Below, piece after piece: positions 42,297-53,763 of a stretch of 64,000 nucleotides of DNA. The notes below the pieces were generated by a model that worked only from the letters and a program-made list of their open reading frames with translations, had not been told where the DNA came from and made no database searches. The DNA lies in assembly GCA_963665115.1 (NCBI GenBank), contig OY762007.1, forward strand, positions 4,672,001 through 4,736,000. Direction: 5' to 3'. Each line of letters starts with the position of its first letter. Within the stretch, counting starts at the first letter, position 1. The DNA is from an uncultured Rivularia sp. (lineage in GTDB: Bacteria > Cyanobacteriota > Cyanobacteriia > Cyanobacteriales > Nostocaceae). Made by a program: the position numbers and the translations under genes.

Positions 42297-45128
42297 TCAC
42301 CCCATCTCCCTCTCCAGCAATCGATTCAAATTACTTTTCACAGTTTTAGTGTAAAAATGTTCTTCCCCTAAAACAGAAAGGCAAATATCTAAAGCTTGTT
42401 GAAAAATCGGTTCGGCTTTTTGGCTTTGTTCAAGACATTGATACATTTGCGCTAAATTATTCAGAGTTGTTGCTGTGTGGGGATGCATTTCTCCAAAGTT
42501 TTGTTGACAAATTTTTAATGCTTGCTCTAGAAGGGGCTTAGCTTTCTCGTATTTTCCCATGCAGCAGTACAAGGCAGCCAAGCTATTAAGACTATTAGCG
42601 GTTATGGGGTGTTGTTGTCCAAATATTTGAGAACGAATTTGGAGAGCTTGTTTAAAATACACTTCTGAGGTGTAATACCGTTTTTGGGTTTTGTAAATTA
42701 GTCCGAGGTTGTGGAAACACTCAGCGGTTTGAGGATGTTGTTTGCTTAGAACTTTACAATTAATCTGTAGGGCTTGTTGTAATAATTGTTCTGAAAAAGC
42801 AAAATTACCTTGTTGATAAAGTAAAGAGCCGAGTTTACTAAGCTTTTGGGCAGCAGCAGGGGTTTCTTCAAAATTACTAATTTCCATGTTGGCATGGCGG
42901 CTTTGTTTAAGAAAGTCTACTGTATCGTATTCGCCACGGATGCGAGAGAAATTTATTATAGCAGTATTCAGTTGTAGAGTTTGAGGATGCGTCAAACCAA
43001 GGTTAATTTCGGCAGTTTCTAAAGCTAATTGGTACTCTTCATAGGCTTGCTGATATGTGAGATAACCCATGTTTTGGTAGATATTGCCTAGCATTCCATG
43101 ACAATAAATAGTTAAAGGATGAGTTGCAGAATCTATATCCTTTAAAGTCTGTTTAAAAAGCTTTTGCGCTAAATCATAATTTTTGTGATGAGCATTTAAC
43201 CAAGCAATTGTAAACTTTGTTTGAGCAATTTGAATTCGGGCATTTTGTTGAGATTCAAATATCTCTAAGGCTTTTTGACTCAACTTTAATGCTTCAGAGT
43301 AGCTTCCTTTAATAACAGCAATTTCTGTTTGGATATTTAACGCTTCGGCTATTTCAATCGAATTGTGACTTAAATAATTAGTGCTGAGATTTAAGGCTTT
43401 TTTTGCAGCGCTCTCGGCATCCGAAGTGCGTTGAAGTTTTAAATAACAAGCCGCAAGCTGTAAATGTAGTCTTGATGCAATATCTTGAAGATTTTCAGTT
43501 TGCCCTAACTTTTCTGCTGTTTGTAAGGCAATCACAGCTTGTTGATAATCTCCCAAAGCTAATAAAGATTTGCCTAATAGACTAAAAGTCAAAGCATTTT
43601 GTTGGTACTTAAGCAAAAATTGCAGTGCAAAAACACTAAACTCATGTCTACCTGCTTGAGAAACTAGTGTTATTTGTTCCAAAAGCCAATCAGTTAATTT
43701 TTGCTGCTGTTGACTCTTGAAACCATGTTCGATTAACTTTACGAACATACTCAACTGTGATGGCGATTGCCGATATTTTGCTTGATAGTACTCAAACAAC
43801 CAACTATGAACAGATTGCTGTAAATTATCTGGTTGATTTTTGGATAAATACTCTTCCACAAGTGGATGCAAGCGTAATCCTTCTGAATTTAATTCCACAA
43901 AAGGCGATTTGACAATTTTGTGAAACAGTTTCCTCCAACAATCGCATATCCAATTGCAGCTAGAGATTTCAAATTGACTCATCAATTTTGCAAACAGCAC
44001 TTCATCCCAACTGCGACAGTTAGATAAAATCTGCCAAATTCTTCGTTCATACCAATCCCAAGCTGCATTGAGTTTGGGTAAAATTTCTTGTAGATTGCGG
44101 GCAAAATTTTTTACTTGTGGAGCTTTTTGCTTTGCTAGATTTAGGTAAGTTTCTACTCCTAAATGTAGATACAGAGGGATACCTTCAGATGCTTGAATAA
44201 TAAGTGGTGAATACGAATTCTCAACGTTGAATTTTTGTATAATTGCTTGAGATTCGGCATCAGTCAAATTTTGGATCGGGATATTTTGGGTATTACTTGT
44301 TAGATTAACCGGCTTTTGTGCAAAAATTACCCATAATATAGAAGGATTGAGTTGAATTAAATCCTTCAACCAGTTGCACTCAGCTTCAACATTAGGTAAA
44401 AAATCGTAATTATCAATGAAAACTACTACTCTTTGACGAGTTTTTTCTAAGTGTAGCTGTAAATCTCGTGCTAAAAAGATAGGTAGTAATTCTTGAATAT
44501 CTTTTAAACTTGCACACTTTTTTAACTCTTGTAAATCATGACTACCTTTTAGCCTCCACCATTTACGTATTTCTCCCGTTTGCTGGATAAAAAACCAGTT
44601 CAAACAAGCAAATATTTTACTTCCAACTGATAATGACTTCCATTCATCCTGAGTTTGATAGTTATTTAAACACTTAGTAGCTTCCAATAATAATGGAAAT
44701 TGGTATAGCCCTTTCTTGACTATTTCAATAATTTGTAAAATGTCTATTTTTTGCACTATTGCTTCTGATAAATGTATCGCTTCAGAAGCATTTGCTAAAG
44801 CATCATACAGCAGGTAAGCAATATCAAAGCTACTCAAATCAAAATCATTTTTAACCAAATCCTCGCGTAATTTAAGTAAAGCCGCGTTCACTGGATTTGA
44901 TATTACACAATCGTTAAGTATTTCTCCCCCATTAACAACTGTGCTATTCGAGTAATATTGTCTTATCTTTTTGTACAAATACTTAGAAAGACTGGATTTT
45001 CCAATTCCTGGTTGCCCGTAAAGAATTAGCACATTAGTAGAATTACTTTTACTATTTATAATTTCAACTAATAATTCTTCTGTGTACTTTTCCCTATCAA
45101 TCCTTTCTTCGTACTTTCGCTGCAACAT
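42297..45128 (-). CDS. STAND-class NTPase with C-terminal TPR repeats (NLR-like)
   Basis: Walker A GQPGIGKS, Walker B VVFIDNYD, SEGIPLYL (GxP), LRLHPLV, TPRs (HP.TA.SLN.LA). Confidence 0.85.
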   Translation of the reverse strand: MLQRKYEERIDREKYTEELLVEIINSKSNSTNVLILYGQPGIGKSSLSKYLYKKIRQYYSNSTVVNGGEILNDCVISNPVNAALLKLREDLVKNDFDLSSFDIAYLLYDALANASEAIHLSEAIVQKIDILQIIEIVKKGLYQFPLLLEATKCLNNYQTQDEWKSLSVGSKIFACLNWFFIQQTGEIRKWWRLKGSHDLQELKKCASLKDIQELLPIFLARDLQLHLEKTRQRVVVFIDNYDFLPNVEAECNWLKDLIQLNPSILWVIFAQKPVNLTSNTQNIPIQNLTDAESQAIIQKFNVENSYSPLIIQASEGIPLYLHLGVETYLNLAKQKAPQVKNFARNLQEILPKLNAAWDWYERRIWQILSNCRSWDEVLFAKLMSQFEISSCNWICDCWRKLFHKIVKSPFVELNSEGLRLHPLVEEYLSKNQPDNLQQSVHSWLFEYYQAKYRQSPSQLSMFVKLIEHGFKSQQQQKLTDWLLEQITLVSQAGRHEFSVFALQFLLKYQQNALTFSLLGKSLLALGDYQQAVIALQTAEKLGQTENLQDIASRLHLQLAACYLKLQRTSDAESAAKKALNLSTNYLSHNSIEIAEALNIQTEIAVIKGSYSEALKLSQKALEIFESQQNARIQIAQTKFTIAWLNAHHKNYDLAQKLFKQTLKDIDSATHPLTIYCHGMLGNIYQNMGYLTYQQAYEEYQLALETAEINLGLTHPQTLQLNTAIINFSRIRGEYDTVDFLKQSRHANMEISNFEETPAAAQKLSKLGSLLYQQGNFAFSEQLLQQALQINCKVLSKQHPQTAECFHNLGLIYKTQKRYYTSEVYFKQALQIRSQIFGQQHPITANSLNSLAALYCCMGKYEKAKPLLEQALKICQQNFGEMHPHTATTLNNLAQMYQCLEQSQKAEPIFQQALDICLSVLGEEHFYTKTVKSNLNRLLEREMG

Positions 45129-45647
45129 GATTTTGACAAGTAACTACTCGTAACACTCCAACAAACTAAACTGCGAAAATTATAGACGCGAAAATTACGT
45201 TCTTTATTTTTACAAAAAAACGTTTTAACAAGATTGCTTGCTTTTAAATATAATTACTTAAAGTGTGAAAGCTAAATTCCAAAATGCAAGAATTAGAATT
45301 CATACTTTTACTAATGAAAAAGAAACTAGCCGATAGGGAAATTAAACACGCATTGTTTCTACTTACAAACTCAAACTCTCTAATTTTTGGGATGCATTTG
45401 CATATAAAAAAAATATCAGTTGAAAATGATCTTGAGCAAAAGACAAAAATACTCAAGTTATCTTTTCTGATACCGAAACTTCTGTACAGTATTACAGCCC
45501 TTATAGATACCAGTATAAATTATCGTTATCGTATCAGTTGTATATCCCGATAAACTTCATCTAATGTAAATGAAAATTTCATTATTTTTAGGTATTGACT
45601 AATTCTACGTTATGTGTATTGCTACTTAGGGTCTAAAGTTTCTAATA

Positions 45648-45809
45648 ATTCACATCTTGCACAATTGCTATTAAACCCAAATTCCCGCCTTGAAATTGAT
45701 TTCAAGGTGTGCAGGAGAATGCTGCAAGATGTCAGATTTATTAGACTTTGCATATAAGAGAGGGGAATTTATTCCAAGGCATTTATTGAAAATGGTGCAA
45801 AATATGAAT
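45648..45809. mobile_element. Degenerate MITE-like element
   Basis: attcacatcttgcacaatt vs revcomp attcatattttgcaccatt (16/19). Internal ccttgaaattgatttcaagg hairpin. Confidence 0.5.
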
Positions 45810-45909
45810 ATAAGAAACTTTTATGAGTTCGCAAAAAAGCAAAAATAACACGATTATACGAGAGTAACTCTTACTACAAATTTTTATAATTTAAACAAAA
45901 TCGTATTAC

Positions 45910-45938
45910 AAAAAAACCCGGTCGAAAAAACCGGGTTT
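45910..45938 (-). terminator. Putative intrinsic terminator of the pnt operon
   Basis: Minus strand aaacccggttttttcgaccgggttttttt. Confidence 0.6.
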
Positions 45939-45981
45939 GTAGATTATTGAAAATAGTTGGAGCTATGGAATTAAATCTATA

Positions 45982-47383
45982 TTACAACTGCTTCACTTCA
46001 GCTACTAACTTACCTACCATATCTTTAGCACTACCAAAAAGCATCGAAGTTTTATCTTTGTAGAACAAGCCATTATCAACGCCTGCAAAACCCTTGCTCA
46101 TACCGCGCTTAATCACAATCGCTTGCTTTGCCCGATCGACTTCTAAAATGGGCATACCATAAATCGGACTATTCTTATCGCTTTTTGCAGCTGGATTCAC
46201 TACATCATTTGCCCCAATAATTAAAGCAACATCAGTTTGCTCAAATTGGGGATTGACATCTTCCATATCGTGAAGCTGTTCGTAAGGTACGTTTGCTTCA
46301 GCAAGCAATACATTCATATGTCCCCGGCATTCTTCCAGCGACTGGATGAATCGCATACTTAACATCTACACCCATACGTTCCAACTGATCCCCCAATTCG
46401 CGAACGCCATGCTGTGCTTGAGCAACTGCCATACCGTAACCAGGAACAATTACCACGGAACGAGCATAGCCCAACATCATCGCGCATTCTTCGGGATCGA
46501 CGCTGCGAACAGTTCCTTCGGTTGTACCCTCACCAGCACCACCACCACCAGTAGCTCCACCAAAAGCGCCGAATAACACGCTAAACAAAGAACGGTTCAT
46601 TGCCTTACACATAATCTGTGTCAGGATTAAACCACTTGCTCCCACCAAAGCACCGGCGATGATTAACATATTGTTCATCACCACAAAACCAGCAGCAGCA
46701 GCAGCTAAACCAGAAAGCGAGTTTAACAGCGAAATTACTACCGGCATATCGCCACCACCGATAGGGATAACGAACAATACACCTAATAGCAACGAAACGC
46801 CGACTATTCCTAAAAATACGGGTAGATTATAAGGATTAACAATTAATAATCCACTACCGACTATATAAGCAACCAACAGCAAAATATTAATCGGCTGTTG
46901 CAAAGGATAAGTAATCGGCGAACCCTTGAGAATACCTTGTAGCTTGGCAAAGGCGATGGTACTACCTGTAAAAGTGATACCGCCGATAAACACATCCAGC
47001 AGCATCGAAATATTTACATCCAAACCAATCGGCTGATTCGATTCCAGCAAGCGCCAAAACTCCGCAACGGCTACTAAGGCAGAAGCAGAACCCCCCAAGC
47101 CATTAAGTAAACCTACCATCTGGGGCATTTGCGTCATCTGCACCGTATAAGCAGCGATCGCACCAATAGCGGAACCAATTGCCAAACCGAGCAAAATCAT
47201 TTGATAATTCAACACCTGCTGATTCAAGAGAGTTGCGACAATTGCCAACAACATCCCCACAGCAGCCATTATGTTACCGTTTCGCGCCGTAGCTGGGGAA
47301 CCTAATTTCTTTAAGCCCAGAATAAATAAAGACGAAGCAACTAAATACGTTATCTGAATACCAGTTGGCAGAAAATCGCTCAT
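45982..47383 (-). CDS. pntB: NAD(P) transhydrogenase beta subunit (frameshifted as sequenced: extra base at 46322-46325)
   Basis: GGGDMPVVISLLNS, CKAMNRS, VPGYGMAVAQAQH. Removing one base restores HPVAGRMPGHMNVLLAEA. Confidence 0.95.
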
Positions 47384-47579
47384 AAAATTTGATAGTTGAT
47401 AGTTGATAGTTGATAGTTGTTAGTTGTTAGTTGTTAGTTTTTAGTTGTTAGTTGTTAGTTGCTAATTTTTGAAGAAGCATTTCTACCTTGTATATCTAGG
47501 GAGCAAGATACTCCCACAACAATATATTTTTTCAAAATTGCTGATTAGCTACTAACAACTAATCACTAATAACTAATAA

Positions 47580-47867
47580 CTAACTCGCTTTCTTCTTAAA
47601 CATTTGCAGCATTCTGTCAGTAACTAAGAAACCACCGACAACATTAATAGTTGCAAGAGTTACGGCAATCAAACCAAGAATTACCGATAAATTTGATTCC
47701 TTTGCACCAGCAGCAACCATCGCCCCCAGTACGGCAATACCAGAAATAGCATTGGAACCAGACATCAAAGGCGTATGCAAAGTAGGCGGAACTTTGTTAA
47801 TAACTTCAAATCCAATAAAAGAAGCCAAAACAAACACAAACAAAGCAGCAATTAATGCTTCTGTCAT
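47580..47867 (-). CDS. pntA: NAD(P) transhydrogenase alpha subunit part 2
   Basis: VPPTLHTPLMSGSNAISG, NVVGGFLVTDRML.MF. Confidence 0.95.
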   Translation of the reverse strand: MTEALIAALFVFVLASFIGFEVINKVPPTLHTPLMSGSNAISGIAVLGAMVAAGAKESNLSVILGLIAVTLATINVVGGFLVTDRMLQMFKKKAS

Positions 47868-47952
47868 TTCAAAAAATCTCCTGTATAAATCAGTTATCAA
47901 TTATCAATGAACAGTTATCAATTGATAATTGTTCATTGTTCATTGATTATTG

Positions 47953-49113
47953 TTAGCTGTTAACTGTCAAAGCTTGTAAAGCGTCTTTAACTCGTTGATT
48001 GCGAATTTCGCCATCGTGGGTGACGCAAGCGGCGTTGACAATATCGTCTTCAAAATCTAGATTTAAGTCGTTGTCTTTTACCAGTAATTTCATCAGTGAA
48101 ACGAGATTCTTGGAATACAACTGGCTTGCGTGGACTGGTACTGATGAAGGTAAGTTGACTGGCCCGATAATTGTCACGCCGTTCTTAACTACATTTCCAC
48201 CGGGTTCTGTATAAGCTGCATTACCACCTTGATCTGCGGCTAAATCGACAATTACCGCACCGGGTTTCATTTGGGCAATCATTTCTTCGGTGACTAATCG
48301 AGGCGCTTTTCTACCCGGTACTTGAGCAGTTGTAATTACTACATCTGCATTTCTAACTCGTTCCGTAACGGCTTCTTGAGTACGCTTTTTACTTTCCTCG
48401 GAAATTTCTTTAGCGTAACCGCCAGCAGTGGCTGTTTCTTCTTCTAATTTAACTTCGACAAATTTCGCACCCAAACTTTGTACTTCTTCTTTAACTGCGG
48501 GGCGAATATCAAAAGCTTCTACCATTGCTCCCAAACGTCTCGCGGTGGCGATCGCCTGTAAACCAGCAACACCCGCACCCATGACAAATACTTTAGCAGG
48601 AGCGATGGTACCGGCTGCTGTTGTCAGCATGGGAAAATATTTTGGTAATGCCTCTGCGGCGATTAATACCGATTTGTAACCCGCAATGCTTGCTTGGGAA
48701 GATAAAGCATCCATACTTTGCGCCCTGGTGGTGCGAGGGATCATTTCCATGCTGAAAGCAGTTACTTTTCGTTGAGCTAGCTGCTCGGCAAGCGATGGAT
48801 TTGCTAAAGGATTAAGAAATCCGATGAGTACGCTTCCTTCTTTTAAGGCATCAATTTCCGCGCTACCATCTTCTCGTTGTTGCGGGGGACTTACTTTGAG
48901 CAGGATATCTGCTTCACCCCACAACTTTGCAGTATCAGAAATAATTGTTGCTCCAGCTGCTTCATAATCGGAATCGTTAAACAATGCTTTTTCACCAGCA
49001 CCCGATTCTATCGATACTTCAAAGCCTTGTTGTACCAACTTTGAAACAACATCTGGAATTAATGCTACACGACGCTCGCTAGCTTCTATTTCTTTAGCAA
49101 CTGCGATTCTCAT
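47953..49113 (-). CDS. pntA: NAD(P) transhydrogenase alpha subunit part 1
   Basis: ERRVAL.P, RAQSMDALSSQ, GAGVAGLQA, GGYAKE. Confidence 0.96.
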   Translation of the reverse strand: MRIAVAKEIEASERRVALIPDVVSKLVQQGFEVSIESGAGEKALFNDSDYEAAGATIISDTAKLWGEADILLKVSPPQQREDGSAEIDALKEGSVLIGFLNPLANPSLAEQLAQRKVTAFSMEMIPRTTRAQSMDALSSQASIAGYKSVLIAAEALPKYFPMLTTAAGTIAPAKVFVMGAGVAGLQAIATARRLGAMVEAFDIRPAVKEEVQSLGAKFVEVKLEEETATAGGYAKEISEESKKRTQEAVTERVRNADVVITTAQVPGRKAPRLVTEEMIAQMKPGAVIVDLAADQGGNAAYTEPGGNVVKNGVTIIGPVNLPSSVPVHASQLYSKNLVSLMKLLVKDNDLNLDFEDDIVNAACVTHDGEIRNQRVKDALQALTVNS

Positions 49114-49994
49114 GAATTCTCCTAATCGTTAATTATTTTTTAGAAACAGTAATTCTTGAATATTACTTTAAGGCAATCAAAGTAATGCTTGTTTGTTTTC
49201 TGGCAACAGCAAACAGGATAGGTTAAAACTCGGATTGCATTTGATGACGAAAACCTTTCTTTGCCTCTAAATGTAATATTTTGGTCTTTGAAGGCTACAT
49301 ACAAGATTTAAGTATTGTTTATCCTAAGTCGATTCCCAAACCTTGCTATCTTATCTTTAACTTTTTTTCGGGATTGAACAATACTAATTTTACTTGCTTA
49401 CATTTAGAAAACTTTAGTTACTTATACCAATATCTATGATTCGTCAAACTTTAATATTTTAATAATAATTTTGCTACATTTTTATCTATCTTCAATCTTG
49501 TAAACATAAAGTTGGCAAATAAGCAGCAATCATATTGTTGAATTAGCTCCGCCAGAAAACTTGTCTTTCTGAAGATAGCGTAATTCAATCTATAATTGTT
49601 GGATTAACTATTTCAATTTTTTTAACAAAATACTTCATTCTCGAAATACTTGTACATATTTAGAAACACTATCATATTTTCATCACAATCAAGATGCATC
49701 TAATTGCTGTATTTACTTTCCTCAAAATGAAAATTATCTATCGTTTGAAATAACTAGTAAAAGCTTCCAAATATTCACACCCACTAAATTCGATTCAAAT
49801 AAGAAATTATACTTTTAGATTAGATGCTTTAGATACTTGTTTTTTTGCAATTATTGCATATGAATACGGATAAAGACACTTTTTGTAAGTGACTTACGTC
49901 TAGTATTTGGGATTCAGTAGTAAAGTTTAGTTACGAGCCTTAACTTCGTACTGCCTTCATACAACAATTAATTTTTGCTAGAGGAGTGATTACT

Positions 49995-50519
49995 ATGCGA
50001 CGTTTACTTGGTGCTGTAGCCGTAACTGGCTTTTTACTTGCTGGAATGCCAGCTATAACATCCGCTCAAGGTTTACCTGGATTAACCTTGTTTAGCGGTG
50101 TAAAGAGCGAAAATCAACTATCATACCGATTGGACTTTGGCGGGCAAACACGTGACTGGGATCGATACCGTTTAAGAATTCCCGGTAAAAAGCTGAAAAT
50201 GGCGACTGAAAAGTTCGTCATTGCTTATCCAGATTATTACGATGGAGAATTCGATACCGACGAAGTTGAAATCAAAGTCGGAAGGGGAAAAGGCAAAAAA
50301 GTAGCCGTTTCTGAAGTTAAATGGGATAAAGAAGGGAAAGTAATTGAAATCTATCCCAAGGAACCCATCCCCGCAGGTAAGAGCGTCGAATTGCAGTTAT
50401 CCAACGTGCAAAACCCAGATTTTCCTGGAACATTCTACTTCAACTGCTTAATTCAATCTCCTGGCGATAAAACAGCGTTAACCCGCTATGTAGGAACTTG
50501 GATTATCGGGATTAATTAA
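49995..50519 (+). CDS. DUF2808 family exported protein
   Basis: Signal peptide, GLPGLTLFSGV, L.NV.NP..GTFYFN, YVGTWII. Upstream of rpmH. Confidence 0.75.
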   Translation: MRRLLGAVAVTGFLLAGMPAITSAQGLPGLTLFSGVKSENQLSYRLDFGGQTRDWDRYRLRIPGKKLKMATEKFVIAYPDYYDGEFDTDEVEIKVGRGKGKKVAVSEVKWDKEGKVIEIYPKEPIPAGKSVELQLSNVQNPDFPGTFYFNCLIQSPGDKTALTRYVGTWIIGIN

Positions 50520-50730
50520 GAAAAGTGGGCATGGGGGATTGGGGATAGTTGGGAGTCAGGAATGAGTAGTAAGTAAAGAGTAGCAAGTAGTCAGTCGTTA
50601 AGAGTTATTTTTTCTTCCTCATCCCCCCATCTCCCCCCTCTCTCATTATTTAATTTGACTTTAAAATTTAAAAACTAAATGGTATAATAGCGGATTGTAA
50701 TTTTTTATAAAGTGGTCAGGAAGGAAAATT

Positions 50731-50865
50731 ATGAAAAGAACGTTAGGCGGCACTTGCCGTAAGAGAAAGAGAACTTCTGGATTTCGTGCGAGAATGCGGA
50801 CACCGGATGGTAGAAACGTGATCAGAGCTAGAAGAAAGAAAGGTCGCCATCGTTTAAGCGTTTAA
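50731..50865 (+). CDS. rpmH: 50S ribosomal protein L34 (not in ORF track)
   Basis: [44 protein letters not shown]. Confidence 0.98.
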   Translation: MKRTLGGTCRKRKRTSGFRARMRTPDGRNVIRARRKKGRHRLSV

Positions 50866-50901
50866 AGGTTTAAGCGCTTTATGTTGTTTGGTTAGGAGTA
50901 T

Positions 50902-51330
50902 TTGATATTGGCTTTGCCGTCTTCAAATCGACTCAAGTCCCGACACGATTTTAGGGCAGTTTTCCGGGAAGGATTTCGCTGTCATGGTTATTACATGACC
51001 TTGAGAGCATTACAACCGCTCCAGGAGAAGTTACCTTCTTCGGATACTCCCGGCGAAAATGAACTAGAAAACACAGCAACAACCCTCACTCCACCGCGAA
51101 TTGGTATATCGATTAGTACCAAAGTTAGTAAAAAAGCTGTAGTTCGCAATCGATTGAAACGGCAAATCGCAGCTGTTTTATATGAATTATTACCGAAACT
51201 AGCCCCCGAATGGCGATTAGTGGTAGTTGTAAAACCAACAGCCGCACAACAAGAGTGCGGAAGCAAACAATTTCTGCAAGAATTAGAGCAGTTGTTGCTA
51301 AAAGCCGAGGTCATTAATGGGCATCCGTGA
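50902..51330 (+). CDS. rnpA: Ribonuclease P protein component
   Basis: RLK...F..VF, GISIS.KVSKKAVVRNRLKR. Follows rpmH. Confidence 0.95.
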   Translation: MILALPSSNRLKSRHDFRAVFREGFRCHGYYMTLRALQPLQEKLPSSDTPGENELENTATTLTPPRIGISISTKVSKKAVVRNRLKRQIAAVLYELLPKLAPEWRLVVVVKPTAAQQECGSKQFLQELEQLLLKAEVINGHP

Positions 51331-51709
51331 AGAAGTTTATTATGAAGGTGGTCCTCATGTTGGGGATTTAATTATAGGTATACTGATTGGTCTTACTATC
51401 GTTGGTATACCCTTAGCTGTTGGCGCTTTTGTCAGAGCATTGTGGCTGCGTTACCGTATTTCCGATAAGCGTATATCAGTCACTGGTGGTTGGATGGGAC
51501 GCGATCGCACGGACATAATTTACTCGGAAGTTGTGAAAATAGCGTCAGTTCCCCGTGGTGTTGGCTTGTGGGGCGATATGGTGCTAACTCTTAGAGATGG
51601 TAGCCGTTTAGAATTAAGAGCGCTTCCTAAGTTTCGGGAACTTGAAAATTATATTTCTCAACAGGTAGCTGCTAGAAATCCTAAGTTTGCCGATGCACAG
51701 AAAAAGTAA
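51317..51709 (+). CDS. Bacterial PH domain membrane protein
   Basis: EEVYYEGGPH.GDL, one TM, WGDMV..L.DGSRLE. Sits between rnpA and yidC. Confidence 0.85.
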   Translation: MGIREEVYYEGGPHVGDLIIGILIGLTIVGIPLAVGAFVRALWLRYRISDKRISVTGGWMGRDRTDIIYSEVVKIASVPRGVGLWGDMVLTLRDGSRLELRALPKFRELENYISQQVAARNPKFADAQKK

Positions 51710-51990
51710 GTTTTGGTTGCATGAAAGCAGGGTTTTTCGTAGCCAGCACAAAGATGAATCAATTCAAAATACAAATTTTAAAAAACTAAAAAATTCAAAA
51801 TAATTCAAACCAATTTTTAGTTTTAGTTTTTAGTTTTGAATTGGTGCCATCTCTATCTATTTCACCGATTGCAATATCGGTACTTGAAAAAATGTGCGGC
51901 TATCCGTAGGATAGCTAGTCGCATTTTGAATCGGGATTTAGATAAATTAGATTCAGTTAATTTAGTGTTTATAGGGTTGAATTCAAAATA

Positions 51991-53142
51991 ATGGACTTTG
52001 GTATTGGGTTCCTCTCGAACAATGTAATGCTGCCAATCATAGACTTGTTCTATAGCATTGTGCCGAGTTATGGATTGGCGATTATTGCTCTAACTTTAAT
52101 CATCCGCTTATCACTCTATCCTTTGAGTGCGGGATCGATACGCAATATGCGGAAGATGAAGATTGTGCAGCCGGTGATGCAGAAGCGGATGGCGGAAGTT
52201 AAAGAAAGATATAAAGACGATCCGCAGAAGCAGCAAGAAGAGATGATGAATACTCAAAAGGAGTTTGGCAACCCACTTGCTGGTTGCGCTCCTTTGCTTT
52301 TACAAATGCCTGTATTGCTAGCACTTTTCGCAACATTGCGGGGTTCGCCTTTCGCTACTGCAAACTACAACGTCAACCTACAGATTTTGCCTAGCGAACA
52401 AATCGAACGGATTCAACCAGCTTCATTTGCTACAAAACCCTCCAGTATTTATGTCGATGAAGGCGATCGCATTAAAGTTGCTGCCGTTCTTCCTGGAGGA
52501 AATAAGCTAGCGGTAGGAGAACACACCAAGCTTCAATATCAAACAGTTGAGGGTAAACCGTTTGAAGAGGTTTTGGAGCAGCACCCAGAAAATAAGAATA
52601 AGTTACTTCCTCAGTGGAAAATAACTAAAGGAGCAGAACGAATAAGCATTGATACTGAAGGTAATATCGAAGCTTTACAGCCCGGAGATGTAACTATTCA
52701 AGGAAATATTCCTGGATTAGCAGCAGACACGGGATTTTTGTTTATTCAGGCTTTGGGTAGAGTAGGCGCATTTGATGACGATGGTGGGGTTCGTTGGGAT
52801 ATCGTCTCGATGATTGGACTGTTTGGCGTTTCGCTCTATGTGAGTCAGTTAATTTCCGGACAAGGCAATGCAACTGATAATCCACAGCAGAATACTGTAG
52901 CTAAACTCACTCCAATTCTTTTTTCCGGGATGTTTTTATTCTTCCCCTTACCTGCTGGGGTATTGATGTATATGGTAATTGGTAACGTATTCCAAACCTT
53001 ACAAACCTACATCCTTTCCAAGGAACCTTTATCGGAAGATTTGCAAAAGATTATGGACGCGCAGGAAAAAGAAGCTTTAAGCGCAGAAGCAAAAGCGCTA
53101 CCGTTTGAACCAAAAAGTACTAAAAAGAAAGCAACAAGCTGA
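51991..53142 (+). CDS. yidC: Membrane protein insertase YidC
   Basis: [37 protein letters not shown]. Confidence 0.96.
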   Translation: MDFGIGFLSNNVMLPIIDLFYSIVPSYGLAIIALTLIIRLSLYPLSAGSIRNMRKMKIVQPVMQKRMAEVKERYKDDPQKQQEEMMNTQKEFGNPLAGCAPLLLQMPVLLALFATLRGSPFATANYNVNLQILPSEQIERIQPASFATKPSSIYVDEGDRIKVAAVLPGGNKLAVGEHTKLQYQTVEGKPFEEVLEQHPENKNKLLPQWKITKGAERISIDTEGNIEALQPGDVTIQGNIPGLAADTGFLFIQALGRVGAFDDDGGVRWDIVSMIGLFGVSLYVSQLISGQGNATDNPQQNTVAKLTPILFSGMFLFFPLPAGVLMYMVIGNVFQTLQTYILSKEPLSEDLQKIMDAQEKEALSAEAKALPFEPKSTKKKATS

Positions 53143-53655
53143 TGATGAGCGACACTCGGATGCAACGTGGGGAGCAGTGGTTAAAAGAACTGCTGCAATT
53201 ATCTGGGTTCTCTGCGGAGATTAAAAGCGATAAAGAGGAAAACACCTTGGGAGAAAAAGACCCCACTTTCTCTTAATAGCTATTGGTTGACAATTGAGGA
53301 ATCCAAATTAACTGAAAATCAAATTCAAAATTTGATTGGACGCGATGGTAAAGTGCTAGATGCAATTCAGTATCTAGCAAATTCTATTCTTAACTTGAAC
53401 CAAGAAACCGAGGAACAAGCATCTTATACAGTCGAATTAAACGGCTACCGCGTTACTCGGTTAGCCGAGATTAGCGGCATGATAGAAGAAGTAATTGATA
53501 GAGTCCGTAACACCGGACAAGAAGTGGAAGTAAAATCCCTCAGTTCGGCCGAACGTCGTCAAGTTCACACTTTGTTAAAGGGTTTTGAAGATTTAGAAAG
53601 CTTCAGTCAAGGTAAAGAACCACATCGTCATCTGGTTATACGTCCAGCAGTATGA
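53142..53655 (+). CDS. jag: Jag/EloR-like KH-R3H RNA-binding protein (frameshifted as sequenced, extra base at or near CCCC 53261-53264)
   Basis: N-terminus [18 protein letters not shown] overlaps the yidC stop. KH (LIGRDG.VLDAIQYL) and R3H (ERRQVH) are in the +1 frame. Confidence 0.85.
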
Positions 53656-53763
53656 TAAGTAGATTTGAAGGTTGGGGATATATAGAAATATCTAAAAATA
53701 TATTCCCTTACCTTCTTCCTTTTTATATTATTTAAAATAAATAAACTTTGAAATAAATAAACG

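Noticed and set aside
45244..45553. Short ORFs in AT-rich intergenic DNA
   Set aside because: No motifs and mutually overlapping. Likely spurious.
46298..46365. Programmed frameshift or natural split of pntB
   Set aside because: The break falls inside a conserved motif at a 4-base homopolymer with no slippery heptamer. The same pattern in three other genes points to sequencing error.
49114..50730. Replication origin near rpmH-rnpA-yidC-mnmE
   Set aside because: No dnaA/dnaN and no cluster of DnaA boxes seen. The gene upstream of rpmH is DUF2808-like.
51885..51930. Hairpin upstream of yidC as a riboswitch or ncRNA
   Set aside because: A single stem-loop (gctatcc-gta-ggatagc) with no recognisable riboswitch consensus. 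It may be another small repeat.
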